Positions 25,701 to 38,600 of a stretch of 64,000 nt of DNA are shown piece by piece. The notes under the pieces are model-generated. The model worked only from the letters and a program-made list of their open reading frames with translations, ran no database searches and was not told where the DNA came from. The stretch is from Catajapyx aquilonaris (lineage: Eukaryota). Position 1 is the first letter of the stretch. Each line of letters opens with the position of its first letter. Where the stretch lies: the NCBI GenBank assembly GCA_000934665.2, contig JYFJ02001451.1, positions 1 to 64,000 on the forward strand, in the 5' to 3' direction. The translations under genes were made by a program, and so were the position numbers.

Positions 25701-28700
25701 TCAGGTCCATTCTTGTTGTGTACGTTTGTCGCCTCGTAAATTATGGGTCGAGGAAAATTCATCGCACCGTACGACGGAACGCCCGCCAACAAAGTGTAAC
25801 CGACAACAAACGCCGAAAATCACGCAACACACAGGAACATCTCACCGAAGATGTCGCGGGTTGTCTAATTGCCAACTATCGGATCAAAAAAATTCGCAAC
25901 AACCCGATCCTTTGAAGCGCAATGAGGATTTACGGGATCCGTCTAATTGCTCCCGTCCCGGAAGCCAGTTTTGCACGTTTCATCTTGACCGGGAATCTTC
26001 AGTGGCTGCGATATTGGCGAATCTGACCTCTGACCCGCAATAACTAAGATGAGGCGAAGTAATCTGGCTCCAGCAGGAAAACCGGGTCAGGTCATACTTC
26101 CTGCCTAAATCACACGGGCAATATTATATAGACGATTGCTATCAGGTCATGTCTTCAAAGTTACCTGATTGTTTACCCCAGCAACACACGTCCAAGTTTT
26201 TAAAAAAATCTTTTTTTTAAAAGTGATGCGCGCCACTTGGCTCGACGTCAACCGTGACTGCAGGGCACCGCCTCCGAAATTACGGATTCCGCAAGAATGG
26301 TAATTGGAATGTATCTTTGCCCATTCCTTCTCTCTCTAAAAGGGGAAAAAAATAAAGAGGGGGAAGTGGGGGAGGGTAAGAAGAAAAAAAAGAGGAGAGT
26401 TGGACACTACTTGCATCTTAGAAATTGGTTGCGTCACGAAGGGCACAACGAGTGCCAAGTCTGCCAGGAATTTGTGTCAAGCTTTGCTATATGTATGGGA
26501 AAATGCAAAAAAAATTGCGGATTTTGTGCAATAAATGAATTCGCATGTGGGAAGTACAGGGGAGCTGGAGGCATTTTTTTTGGTGTATACAGCACGTGAC
26601 GCAAGATATTAGGGAAAATTTATATTTACGATGCACTGCAAGTAATTACACGCAACATAATGTAATGAGAAAAACACACAAGATATATGAAGGTCATGAA
26701 AGTCGTTACAACAATGTTTTTGTTAATACAAATGAATATTACGACCTCTTGAGAAAAACCCGACATTTTTTTTGTTAATTAATTACATCGCAATTATAGA
26801 TTTATAATCAAATTCATGAGCTCAGATTCCAACAGTTCGGAACACACATTTTGTTCGAGTCCAATGGGGGTACTGCTATAGTGTACTTCTAAAACTGCTG
26901 GGACGAAAATTCGACCCAATGTCACAGAAAAATATATCCTCCGAATTAAAGCTCAGCTACATAAAAAATACTTTGGTATAATGAAGCCGTGGCGAATATA
27001 TATTTATCCGGCACATATATGGTGGCCCCGGTAAAATTTAATGTTGCATGATACAAAAATTTTATGCACCCGCGTTTTATTAGCCTCGTGGCAATAAAAA
27101 TTTCTTGCCCAAGTATTTTAGCTCATCACGGCGTTTAGTTATTATAGTCTGTTGCATCTGATATATAATTAACAGTGTGCTGCAGTCTATAGCCTGTGAA
27201 ATGACCTCTGTGTCTATTATTTTCTGAAGTCAATGGCTGATACACGACTGGAGTCACTTTTTCTACTGACTTGTTGGGGTAAGAACATGTATTAATCCTA
27301 GTGTACTACCCTGTATGTATAATTACAGTGTGTACGCGACTATAGTAGTTTTAACTGACCTTACCGTCTATTATTTTTCTACCGGCCGTCTATTAGAGTC
27401 AGAACCGTAAGGCCAGTTATATGCATATGCAAATGCGATGGCTGTAATTCCCCATTGTGATTTTTTTTTTCTGCTGTGACGTCCAGCTGTGACCGAGAAG
27501 TTACGATGATCAATGAAGTGTGTTTTTTTTATAGATCCGTTTTGTTTGGTTTTCCAGGCCCTTATCTCCAGAGAAGATATAAGTCCGGTCGGCCTTGTCC
27601 AGTTTTTGCAGGCGAAAAAATATGCTTGAAATCTGAATCAATCTGTTTGTTTCGAATAGGTGTCACATCAAGGGCGTGAGAATAATTTTTTTTTTGCATG
27701 TATAATTTTGGCCGAAAATAAAAAAAATTGTCATTATTTGTGCCACGCTCGGTTGCACATTTGCATGCTAAATAGTGCGAAATATTCCCAGTTTGGAAAA
27801 GGTTACGCAACCGTGCGAATTTTCAATCCAAGGTGATTAGTGACGTGAGCTAAAAATGATCAGGGCTTTTTTCCTGATGACATATGATGACTTGCATGTT
27901 TCGCAACTTTAAAAAAAAATTTGTTAGGTTTTCATAGTAATGTATGCTGTCGTTTTTTTAAATATATGAGACACCCTGTTGAGCCATGATGTCGTGCAAA
28001 CATCACTTCCTAAAATGTGCGGAATCGAAACCATCATCGGTATGGTGCCTGAGCAATCAAAAAGAGCCTTCATCACGATGGTCAATTGCTGGAGCTTGTG
28101 GCCGAATTTCTTGGTGGAAATAACCCCGCATCAGCACGAAGCGCACAAAACTCTTTGGGGCGTGATAAGGAAGCACAAAAATGTATATCCAGAGAGAGAC
28201 TTGGACGGGTCAACAGACGCAGGGTTGCACCCAAGATTGTGAACCCTGACAAAACCGTGGTTTTCAGTTACACGCTCGGCTGACCAGGTTTTGCTTACCC
28301 CAACCCATATCTTCGATATAAAAAAAATTATATAAAAAAGCATGCATGGTGGTCCAACCAATATTGAAGGAGGGGGGATGGTGGGTGGTCCAGATCATAT
28401 CCGAAGTATCGATAATTATCACACGTACATCGAATCATGAGCCCCAATATGTCCAATACCGTCGTGAGCGAAAGGTTGCCACGTGGCATATATTGAAAGG
28501 AAATGTTTCCGCGACAAAAATTGAATATTGTCTGAAACTTTTTTTTTCTTCATCAGTGAAAAAAATGGTGTAACAGCCTCCACTAGTTATTACAACATTC
28601 AGGTACAGCAGCGATGCAGACCTGATCGTCGTGACTGCGTCGGACATACAATGCGACCATCGTGCCTTTCGTTCACATCGAGGCTCAAGTAAATGGATAA

Positions 28701-28727
28701 CTCGTTCAGATGTAATCTCTCCTCACA

Positions 28728-28774
<47 letters not shown>

Positions 28775-31464
28775 AACAAGTCGATTCCACGCAAGCCTCG
28801 CTGTTTTGGTTTATACATGTACACACATGAGGTAATGCAGCATGAATTTTCATGATCGTTGTTTCGTCGCATCTGACGTCACGCGGCAACTTGATGGGAT
28901 GTATAGCCTTTATCAAAGTACAGGCCGTCGTTGTGGATGTAGTTGAAGACCATCTTACTTCAGTGATGCAATCATCAGTAATTACCGTGCCTTGAACCAT
29001 ACCGATGGTGGGTACACCCGGTAGACATGCACCGTGGCCTCCTCCGTACTCATTCCCACACGAAAATTCCAGGGGGGGGAGGAGGAGGAGGGCTACCTTT
29101 TGGCCAGAGGTCATCGAGGAAATTTTTTATATTATATTCTCACGTTTGGGAGCTGTATGTGTCTCTCTCCCCCACAAGTTCAGTGCTTTATAATTTGCAG
29201 TGATCACGTCATTGCCGGTACTAGACGCGGTCTGGACGCGTGTCGCTCGCTGATCAACCCGGCTCCGCTTCTTATTTAGAGCGAGTAGAATTGTGACGTT
29301 TTTCACGCTCTGGTCACACCTGGGTCACCCCCCGAATAATAAAATATGCCAAGCCACACCTGAAGCTTCTTCTGACAACCCTGCTCGACGGACTTTTTTT
29401 CCGTCTGGCCACTCTGGTTAGTTGGTACTTGTGACGCCACGAGCCTCTGGAGGCAAAAGAGTAAACCGAAAAGTTGCCTCCGGATGACCCCCCTTCATTT
29501 TGATATGAAGGTGGTCATCCGGAGGAGGCTTACTTTATTCACTCTTTTGCAGCTAGGGGCTCGTGGCGCTACCAGTACGACCACCCTTAACGCCTTAGTA
29601 CTACACAGGGTGTTTCATAATTCCACCTAACACTTTTCCTGCATTTTCTTCGATGATGTTGTGTATGTGTATCTCTCCTCGGGATCTACGTGTGGTTGCG
29701 GTGTGCTGAGCCTGTGCCACCGGAACTTCCCCCTTCAACCCAACCCCCTGCCATCCTCTTTGGCTGGAAAGAATCACTCGAGTAGAACCTCCCCAGCCAC
29801 CCTACATAACGGTTCCAAAACCTGACGGCCACACGCCAGCCGCGCTGGAGATAAAAAAAGAAAAAAATGCTGGACCAAACCATCATCATCCCCCCCAAGG
29901 ACCCACACGATTCGACACGGTGCAAACGGACCAAAAGAAAATGATCCATCGAGTCCTTGATAGGTGCCTGTCTACCTAATCGTACTCGGAACTGTGGGGC
30001 GGGGGTGCCAAAGTAGCTAAGGATTCGCTTGGAAGATTTGCCAAGGTTGCCGCCAAGCAAATTTTTTTTATGCGAGGCTAATGTTCGGCAGGTCACAATT
30101 TAAATTGTCGACTTAAAAATTGCGTTCACCTTGAGACGAGTTCCTGGAATAAAAAGTCCAGTGTTTCTGAATACTGCTGACTTCTTCCTGACTTGATCTG
30201 ACCCACTTCCTGACACATCCCCCATGAGAAGTTTGGTGCATGAAAATCGCACGGAGAAGAAGCGGGTATGGTTCAACGGACTCCAGCACCCAACAAGCCC
30301 CCTATACTCACATTAAAAATCATGCAAAACCCACCCTGGATGTCTTCTCAAGCACGAATGCTCATTGCGTACTCCTTATCTTCCTGAGCATTAGGAGGAG
30401 TCATATCTAAAAGATCTTGGTTCGCATCTCCAGCTCCGCCCTCCACGAAGCCAGGCCGAGGCCGTGAGAAATAGAAATGGCACTCGAGTCAAATGAGTCA
30501 AATGGAGTTTTCATACAGCACGAGGGGGACTAATTGCCACTACACCATGAACCGAAAAAAAAAAATGTGGGGGGAAGGAAAATCGTCTGTTTCCTGAAAC
30601 AAGAGATGGACCGGAACTGAGAGGTTAAAGGTCAAATGGGAGCGGGGGCGACACCTGCCTTGGTTGCAGGTGTTAACCCAAAGTGTTTAAGTAATATACA
30701 TGTCTACGTGGGAGGCTATGCATATAATAGGTCCGCCGTTTTGTAAGCGGGCAGGTGTCAAATTGTGGAAGGGGGGGGGGGGGGACTTTCCAAATTATCA
30801 CTTAGCACTGTCTAGTTTTGCACGGAACGGACATAAAATTGCATGTTTCATCCAAGTTCTTTTGGTGTGTGAAACGTATGCAGAGTTCAGGAAATGTTAC
30901 CGTTTTACGGCTGACCATAAAATGGTTAACGCTCGCTTTTTTTTTACAGCGTACTCCCGTCCGTACTTCCTCAGCTTTTTTTAGTAACCGGTGCAATATT
31001 TTTTCGAACTTACCGAGCATCTTGCTGAGATCAGCGTTGTGCAGATCCGGATTCTCGTCTGCCAGCCTCTTCCTCTCCACTTTGGCCCATACCATGAAGG
31101 CGTTCATCGGACGTCGGATCCTCTGTTCCTTCTGTCTGTTCTTCTCTGCGGCACTGGCTGCGGCACTCCCACCGGTATTACCACCTTGAGCGGCACCGGT
31201 GCCACCGTTGCCCATCATGGCACCCCCGTGTCCCAGCCCACCGTTGGTACCCCAGCGGCAGTCGTCTCCTGCCCCGGGCAGAACACTGGGCAGGAGCTGG
31301 TGGTGCGTGTGGTGGGGATGCTGCGAGCCCATACCGGACACGCTGTCCATGTAGCTATTGGACAGTCCAAAAGGCATCTGCATGTCCCCCAGGGCGAACC
31401 CAGCCACTGCATGAGGCGGCAGACGGGCAAAGGGCGAACCCAGTTCCGACTTGTAATCCTCCAT
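4277..31464 (-). CDS. SoxF: SoxF-group HMG-box transcription factor, full spliced model join(31464-31014, 7285-6775, 6706-6222, 4734-4277), 634 aa
   Basis: Spliced HMG box [77 protein letters not shown] is group F type; [17 protein letters not shown] and [11 protein letters not shown] are SoxF C-terminal motifs; all junctions GT-AG and phase-compatible (1,2,1); 1905 nt = 635 codons including stop. Confidence 0.92.
5891..6162. mobile_element. Palindromic MITE (family D) in SoxF intron 3
   Basis: Near-perfect inverted arms of about 130 bp with TAGGG...CCCTA ends. Confidence 0.8.
6222..6706 (-). CDS. SoxF: SoxF coding exon 3 (LPTPEMSP motif)
   Basis: Acceptor ctttattag|C at 6706; donor G|GTAAGG at 6222; frame matches the 6169-6735 ORF. 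Confidence 0.85.
6775..7285 (-). CDS. SoxF: SoxF coding exon 2 (second half of HMG box, Gly/His/Pro-rich region)
   Basis: Acceptor tttacag|GG AAA AAA TGG at 7285; donor AG|GTCGGT at 6775; followed by a 68-bp intron with a TACTAA branch-like site. Confidence 0.9.
7594..7864 (+). mobile_element. Non-autonomous Helitron, about 271 bp
   Basis: A|TC 5' start; GTTTGTATGTC and GAAACTTGGCAC 5' region; 3' hairpin CCCGT-GCGAAGA-ACGGG (7837-7853) 7 nt before CTAG|T. Confidence 0.75.
7875..8093. mobile_element. Tourist-like (PIF/Harbinger-type) MITE, 219 bp
   Basis: TIR of about 60 bp GGGCCGAATTCAGAGAGGTTG...; ATA on both sides (possible 3-bp TSD). An eroded relative may lie at about 37741-38029. Confidence 0.75.
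9123..9194 (-). mobile_element. tRNA-derived SINE head or tRNA pseudogene
   Basis: Minus strand has A-box-like TAGCACTGCGG and B-box GGTTCGATCCC at tRNA-like spacing, but the acceptor and anticodon stems do not pair. Confidence 0.5.
11763..11896. mobile_element. Foldback family B copy 1
   Basis: GGCAAAAGAGCGGATCGAAAGTTGCCTCCGGATGATCACCTTTCAT hairpin; left end truncated. Confidence 0.75.
13580..13722. mobile_element. Foldback family B copy 2
   Basis: Same hairpin core; TTAA at right (13723-13726). Confidence 0.75.
15922..16259. mobile_element. Tc1/mariner-type MITE, 338 bp, TA-flanked
   Basis: TA|CAGGGTGTTTCAACTTTTTTGTCCGAACAGTTATCGGAA... with its inverted copy ending CACCCTG|TA; arms about 95 bp. 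Confidence 0.85.
16268..16645. repeat. Three degenerate tandem units of about 125 bp related to the 39.4-40.2 kb repeat
   Basis: AAGCAGTTACTTT...TCAA...ATT motif three times; ATATTAGGTTGGGTTGAC twice. Confidence 0.65.
20926..21008 (-). mobile_element. 5' fragment of the same Helitron family
   Basis: Reverse complement matches about 7600-7695 (GAAAGTTTGTCCGCATG...CTACCTAACC...CTGAGAGTGCTGAAACTTGGCAC). Confidence 0.65.
28730..28770. repeat. (CT)n microsatellite
   Basis: About 20 perfect CT units. Confidence 0.95.
29421..29586. mobile_element. Foldback family B copy 3
   Basis: GCCACGAGCC...AAGTTGCCTCCGGATGACC hairpin ...GGCTCGTGGCG...AGTACGACCACCC|TTAA. Confidence 0.75.
31014..31464 (-). CDS. 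SoxF: SoxF coding exon 1 (N-terminus and first half of HMG box)
   Basis: ATG at 31464 just inside acceptor tttttgcag (exon starts 31471); ends ATG CTC G|GTAAGT at 31014, phase 1. Confidence 0.92.
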
Positions 31465-33136
31465 CGTTGACCTGCAAAAAGACATATTGCTGATTATCAA
31501 AATGGCAACAGGCCCGTTGCACGTAGGATGATATGACACTACCAGAGGGAGCGCATCCTCCCTCTCTGCACACTACTCCCACTCAGCGGGGAAATCAGTA
31601 ACTATACATGCCCGTTGGTGATTAGTCAACGCATGACACCACTGCCACTCCAGCTACATCCACGTTGGTGATGAGTCAACTCGTGTAAGGACAAAGTCAC
31701 GCCTAGCCAATTCTACGAACCGGAATTCATATTTTTTTCCGGTGTTTTACTGACAGACCGGGGAAAATTAATATCCGTATAAACGTCAGCTTGACCGGAA
31801 GACATCGTTCGATGTTAATGAATTCAAACCCACGAGGGCGGAAATGCTGACACTCCCATTTTTTGGGGGGGGAGTTTGGTCGTTTGGGGGGGTTGGAAAG
31901 AAGAAAGGTACATACATATTTGGGAGTCTCCTGCACATATACAGCCAATAAGCGAGGCCATTTTCTTGGGAGGCGATTTTGTCATTAGGTAGCCCCCCTC
32001 AGCAACTTTTTTAAAAAATAGAAGGGCTGTGGGAAACATGCCGCGCGATTGCATTTCATTTTCTCCTGCCGTTTGAAATGCTTGTGACGTCGCCTGTGCA
32101 AATATAAAACCGACTGTTGGTCAGGTCACAAATCGTGAATCACAAACCTTTCTTTTGGCTTCGAACCAACCCAGCTCGGGGCTAATGGACTTAGAGAAAA
32201 CCCCTAGAAAAACTGAAGATGTTGGCAAAGGTCCATTGCGGTACGCAGAATTTTGACGAATGTTGCACTGGCAATGTGAATTGCACAAATATGCAATTTT
32301 TAATGCTAAGGATGTCCCAAATTTTCCTTCCGCTATTTTCTGATCGCATTAATTGGTAATGTTGTAAGCATGCTGCATGGGGGTCAACCATTGGTAATAA
32401 TTTGCAGGGAAGAGCCCGGGTCATAATTGCATCATCAGCGGCGAGAGGGGTGGATGCTGAGGAAGGTAGAGACTTAAGAGGGAAAAAAAACCCAACTTCT
32501 GGGGCGGAACCAAATGGCAACCACAAAACGCCCTCTCGGAGATTTCAACGCTCGGATAAAAGAGGAAACGGGGCCACAGGGGCGGAGGAGACTCTCTCAG
32601 ATTCAGAATATAAAAAAAGGCACGGCTTTTATTAGACCCTTATTACCGATACATACTCGTATGGGGGCTGCTAATCACATGCAAAGGACTCGAAAGCACT
32701 GCCCAAATGGTTCCATTCAGAAAAAGTTACGGATCGTTGACTTCAACAGCTAGGTTTGCTAGGGGTAAACAACACTGGTTTTCTTGTCTGAATAAGGGAG
32801 GGTGCATTCTACGGAGCGTGATTATTTTTTTCGATTTCAAAATCGAATCTGCGTGGTTTGTGTATAAAAGAAAAAAAAGATTGCGCCACGTGAAGTTGGC
32901 GAGCCCGAAACAAAAGCAAAAGGTGGAAGTTTTCGTTTTTTTTTTTTTCTTTTGAAGGAAGGAGAGCTCAGCGGCTTGGAACATGGCGGGAAAGGTGGGT
33001 TTGTGACCTCGGTTCAACTAGGTTATCATAATACATTGATGCTGGCCAAAATTCGAGATGACGATAACAGAGCCTGAATTTCGAGTTCGATTCCGTATAT
33101 ATACCAAACTATAGCAGGAGCTCTTTGCAACAGAAA

Positions 33137-33217
33137 TGTGTACCAACTTACAGCACTCTCAGTAGTCCGGAAGTGGGTTAGGTAGCCCGGACGTACATAC
33201 AAATTTTCTGCTTTATA
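33137..33217 (-). mobile_element. 5' fragment of the same Helitron family, abutting a mariner-type MITE
   Basis: Reverse complement matches GGCTACCTAACCCACTTCC...CTGAGAGTGCTG of the 7594 copy. Confidence 0.65.
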
Positions 33218-33291
33218 CAGCGTGTCTCAACTTTTTTTGTCGCATATAACTTTTCCGATAACTGTTCGGACAAAAAAGTTGAGACACCCTG
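33218..33291. mobile_element. Internally deleted 74-bp derivative of the 15922 MITE family
   Basis: TA|CAGCGTGTCTCAACTTTTTT ... TTCCGATAACTGTTCGGACAAAAAAGTTGAGACACCCTG|TA. Confidence 0.8.
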
Positions 33292-34986
33292 TATACCGAG
33301 AGATTTCACCAGCAGCAGTACAGATGTAATGGTTTTTTCCCCCCCAGTTCATGTTGTCAGGGCAGCAGCGTGTCCGAAAAAAAAAGGTCGGATTATTTAC
33401 GGCACGTATCCTCAACTGTCGTCCCCGTGTCTTCCACGCACTATTTGCCAGAATAATTTGGCGTCCACGCTCCGGAAATGACGCGACACGTTACATTTGC
33501 GCCTCTAAACTGAGCGATGCACTTCAGGAGAAAAAAAAATACTGTCACCTTGATCCCAAACTTCTGTTTGGGGGATAAGACAATACTGTCCTAGGTCCCA
33601 ATTCTACCTTCTCTAACACATGAGAAAAAAAAATTTGTTGTTTATCTGCTGTGGTGTCAACACGTGAGGCAAGTATATATACCGAGGTTATCGATATATG
33701 ATATCAGTCCGGTTTACTTAGGGTTACAGGCGATTAATACGGGTAAAGTTATGGTGTTAGCATCATTTTGTGTTGTTTGCAGGAGGAGAGATACAGCTAT
33801 TGTTGACGATGATGTAGTATGACAAATGGCGTTTATTATTTCAATATTACGTTTCACAGAGCATGCTAATTGCGATGGGTTCGTGCATCCGTTCGGTAAT
33901 AGAAGGCCTAATGATTTTGTGTGTGTGTGTGTTTCTCTCCCAGCTAAAAAGCCGCCTTACATGTCATATACTGGAAATAAAGTACCACGGCCATTCAACA
34001 GTCGCAGATTAATTAAAAAAAATATTTGACTCAACGATAAACAGTTTCGGAGAAATTTTGTCAATGGTTTGAAATACAAAAAGCGACCAAAATGTGGCCA
34101 TTAACCCAACCAGATATTTCCAGGTTTACACAATGTCTGATATATTTTTTTGTTACAAAATATTTTCCCAACTATAAAAAATATCAACGGAGATATGTGC
34201 ATTCAGAGCAAAACTAGGTTATGCAAAACATGATGTCAAGGGCGCTGTTTTTTTCACGCAGAAAAAGTTACGTTTTTGATGCTTGGTTGCTTGTCGGGGG
34301 AAAAAAACAACAACGTCGTAATTACGTTCATTGTCTTATAACCCGGTGGCATGGGATAAATTTTTGGCAACATTCCGTTGCCAAATATAGCACGTTGATC
34401 AATATATGATGGCCGCATGTTTTTGTCATAAAATTAATAAAAACCAAGCTGTCAATCGAAAACTATATTCAACAAATCGTATAATTGTCTGCAAGAATTT
34501 TTCCCACTGCAATTAATTTTTCCTTCCATTATTTTCCTGCGACGTGCGATCAAAATAAGTCATTATTATGACAGTAAATTGATTTTATCTCCTCTTAGCC
34601 CCTCCTTCAACCTGACTCATTTATTACAAATTGCGGTGCAAGTATATGTGCAAATAAAGGCGGAGACCTCCAAAATTCGCACTTTTTCAGAACACTTGTT
34701 GCACTCACCGCAGCGTAACAGAACAATTAAATGTGCACACACCAGCACTATCAAGGCTGCTGACTTATTGGATCATAATACAACAAGCAAAAAAGGTATA
34801 AAAATTAGCCCACGTCAAAAATTATACGCATTCAACACGATCCATATCAGTTGGCACGCCCGTTAAAAAAAAATAGCAATTTAACGTTTTGCTGATATCT
34901 AAAACGCCAATTGTGAAGCCCATAGCTTTTTTTTTAAAGTCCAGATTATGGTTATACAAGTACGTATGTGCAGTGCTGGATATTAA

Positions 34987-35180
34987 TGGTGTGGCGCCAC
35001 GAGCCGATGACGGCAAAATAGCGAATCGAACCACCTTCACTTAATGATATAGTGCCCTCCGTATGACCGCCTTCATTTCATTTATGTATGTTTATGTATC
35101 TTCACGTAGGCGGTCATACTATCAAGTGAATGTTCGCTCTTTTGCAGCCATCGGATCGTGGCGCCACAAGTACGCCACCA
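34987..35180. mobile_element. Foldback family B copy 4 (rearranged centre)
   Basis: TTAA|TGGTGTGGCGCCACGAGCCGATG ... CATCGGATCGTGGCGCCACAAGTACGCCACCA. Confidence 0.7.
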
Positions 35181-35241
35181 AGCACTGTTCAAGCTTATTA
35201 TCTGGTTGATGTATGACCACTTGCTATTTTTTTCATATATA

Positions 35242-35438
35242 CAGGGTGGACCAACTTCAAGTGTCGTTTTATAACGGCTATCAATAGAAACGCTTTACGA
35301 TTGACGTAGCAGCGACGTGTAAAATGGCCCACTTCGATGGCGCCGAAGTGGGACATTTTACACGTCGCTGCTACGTCATCGCAAAATCACTGCTATTAAT
35401 CGCCGTTATAAAACGACACTTGAAGTTGGTCCACCCTG
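35242..35438. mobile_element. Tc1/mariner-type palindromic MITE, 197 bp
   Basis: TA|CAGGGTGGACCAACTTCAAGTGTCGTTTTATAACGGC... nearly whole-length palindrome ...CCACCCTG|TA. Confidence 0.85.
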
Positions 35439-38400
35439 TATTTAATGTGCACACTCTTCATCTAATAAGTCACCTCTGGTTGAAATGAATTCCACCATTA
35501 GCTGCTAAGGTATTCCATGTCCTCAATACCAAACCCCAGGCCGCACAGAGCAAGAAAAATTCCGATTCGATGTATTTATAGCAGAGCATATCTAGTGTTG
35601 TTCTTCTCCTCGTGTCGGAGTCCCGGGAATGGATGTGGGCTTAATAATAAATATATATTTTTTTTCTCTAGCTCTCTCATCCTATTCTTCTCCAGGCCCA
35701 TACCAACCCATAAAAATCTGGTCTCCGCAAACGTTTGGAATTCCAAGAACGAGCTGGAATCCCTCTTGCAACTTTTGCCCGGGCGACTGTGTGCATTACA
35801 TATGTTTTTAAGAGACACACGACAGTTTTTTTCTCTCTCTTTTCAGACACTTGTGTAACAGGTGGTTTTTGTCTCGCCCCCAGCAACCATCCCTATCAAC
35901 ATCTTTTTTTTTTCTTTTCCACACACCCATTTTCGCCTGCTTGGTTGACCCACCGTTGCGGAACAAAGCTGGATCAACACGGGATTTTTCACGGAGTTGT
36001 TGTTGTGAAGTCCCCCCCCCCCCCCTCTTAAGATATACCACCCACCCAATCTTCGTTGTCTGTATACCCCGCCTGACCTTTGGTATGTGGGTGCATGAAG
36101 GAACACGCTGCTTCCACCGGAAAAGGGTTGGGCCGGATTATTAAAAAAGTTGAGGAAGAAAAAAATATATATGACAAAAATTTACCGAAGATGACATTTT
36201 AAACGACTTTCCGAGCTCATTTCTGGTAACTCACTGATTATGTATACACAGAAATAATGAAACGATCAAACTGAACAGATTTTTGGGGGAGCACATTATG
36301 TGTCCTAAAACACGTCCAAAAAAATGCAAGCTTGTTGTCGTTTTTCCGGCCTGACAATGCAGCGTTCTGCAGAAAGGAATTGTTGAGGAAAATAATGGGT
36401 CGGAGATCTGGCGAGTGTGCTAATTTTAGGGTTCCGATTGTGTGACTTATCAGATGCAGGAGGCGTTGAAAAATGTGCGCGAAAATGCTTATAAATGGAG
36501 GGAAAAAAGAAGGGGGGAGGTTTTTTTTAAGCAGAAATATGCGGGTTTAATTTATTTTTCGGTTCTGCAAAATTATGCGTCGCAGCTGCCGTGGAGAATT
36601 TGCGACTAATATTGGAGCATTAAGACATGTTGGCAAGCTGTTTCTCAAATATTGCGAATGAAAATTGGCGTAGTTAGGTAACATTGCTGGCCACAAATCG
36701 AATCGCGAGACGTTTAGTTCAAGTCATAAAAAGGAACATTGAATTTTTCCAAACCTAATCTGCACATTTACTTGAACTGCTCTGCAATTAATATTGTATA
36801 CATTTCATTACAGAATATTCACGCTAACGAGAGTACAGTCTCGTTTGTTATCCAAAATTGCAAAACAAGTCTCACGGAAATTTGAGCAAAAGGCGAGCAA
36901 TACTGAGCAGATGATGTGTTTTAATCATTGTTAAGTTGTAATCAACAAAATGAGAAAAAGGTATTGTTTTTTGTGTGCAGTAGACCTTCTTAAATAGAGT
37001 TTCGGGAAATATTCAAGCCCAAGTGCCAGTGATGAAATTACGATTTTCGCGTTCCAGTTGAGTTGAAATTCATCATCAGTTACGTACAGGCAGTCGCAAT
37101 AAGTTAATCATATATTTTATTAATAGTAGTTGGTGCAACAGGGCTTGGTTTAAGGATATTTTCTGTCGCCCTCAAAAATGCATGGACGTAAGAGCCCACT
37201 GCTGTCGCCCTCCATTATTGTAGTAGTTATCACTAGTGGACCTCATCAAAAGACACGAGTGACGGCGCTATCAAAGTATCACTTTGCATAACTTTTGATA
37301 ATTCCAAGCTGTTTCGACACGATACGAAGAGGGCTATAACTCTGCTGGGCAGTTCAGTGGACATCACACAAATAACCCCTCAAAATTTGGCCAACTAACC
37401 AGCTTCTTTACGAAAAAATCCCCTATGTCGACATCTGCACGAATAAGAAGACTCTGGGAGAAAAAAAGAAAAGTCGGCGGGAATAAGGCAGCAATAGTAA
37501 AAGTGATATGTAAGAACTATATATAAGAAGGGACTCCTTGAGAGAAGGAATTTCACAATGTTCTGCTGGCGATAGAGCACGGTCAGTTGAGATTTCCCGG
37601 CACGTATTCTGTTTTAGTACCCTACTTGATACCGGTATCAGCACCCAAGTCGCACTGCCGTCCTTTTTTTATTAAAAAATACCCCTCCTCACATCACTCC
37701 AGCAGCAGGTCAATATTGCAAAAAATATGAATCCGCAATTGGAATTCAGAGAGGCTGTCTTAATTTTGTCCCGGTTTAAACTGAGCGGCGACGCAAATTT
37801 TCTATAACAAAGTTTCAAAGTGCAAACCTGTCTAAATTTTGCGCACGTAAAATCGCAAATTTTTTGGACGGCTTCAACAGTATATGGTTAGAAAAACGTG
37901 GCAGTGAATCGGGTCGGAATAATTGATATTTAGAGAGTTAAAACGCAGCCCAAATTCGCATCATATTTTTGAACACTTGACATTTCCGAACTATTTTAAA
38001 GGCGTGTAAGTTAAACAACTCGGAATTCCATAAAATTCCGTCCAAATATTTCCCCCGGCTTGAATGACATCCCTGAATATTTTAAAGAGCGCGCAAGAAT
38101 TTCTTCAGACGGAGGAATTTGGGCGATTGTTTGCACAGGGATTAGAACTATCCAAAAAAAATTCATATTGGCTTAGTTCAACTGACGTCACAACTTTTCG
38201 TCCCACTGCTAACTATACTGCTAACTTAGCAACACCAGTGTTGGCAGCAATGGTACTGCTAAGCACTGGGACGGAAATTCCATCTCATGTCCACGAAGTC
38301 GATTCAAAATTTTCGGATTCAATTTTGTACCAGGTTGTTGGGACGACTTGTCCTAAACTAGCCCGATTTTTGAGACCTAGTCTCTGAGCACATGGGCAAT

Positions 38401-38600
38401 GTGTGTGAGGCGGGCCTGCGCTGTCATCACCCGGCCTCTTCGGATACGGTTGCCATCCCGAGCATGTGTCACGCGTGTTATTAGCCGAACAGGTCGCATT
38501 GGGCAAGTCCTATGATGTCAAGGTGGCCGATCGTATACACTCCCCCAAAAAAGATTACCCAACAAAGTCGCGCGCATTGCTGTCCGACCGGTGAACTCAC

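Noticed and set aside
31472..31539. Longer SoxF N-terminus (MSYHPT...) from the ORF track
   Set aside because: It relies on a non-ATG start and crosses a clear polypyrimidine-CAG acceptor; MEDYKSE at 31464 is preferred.
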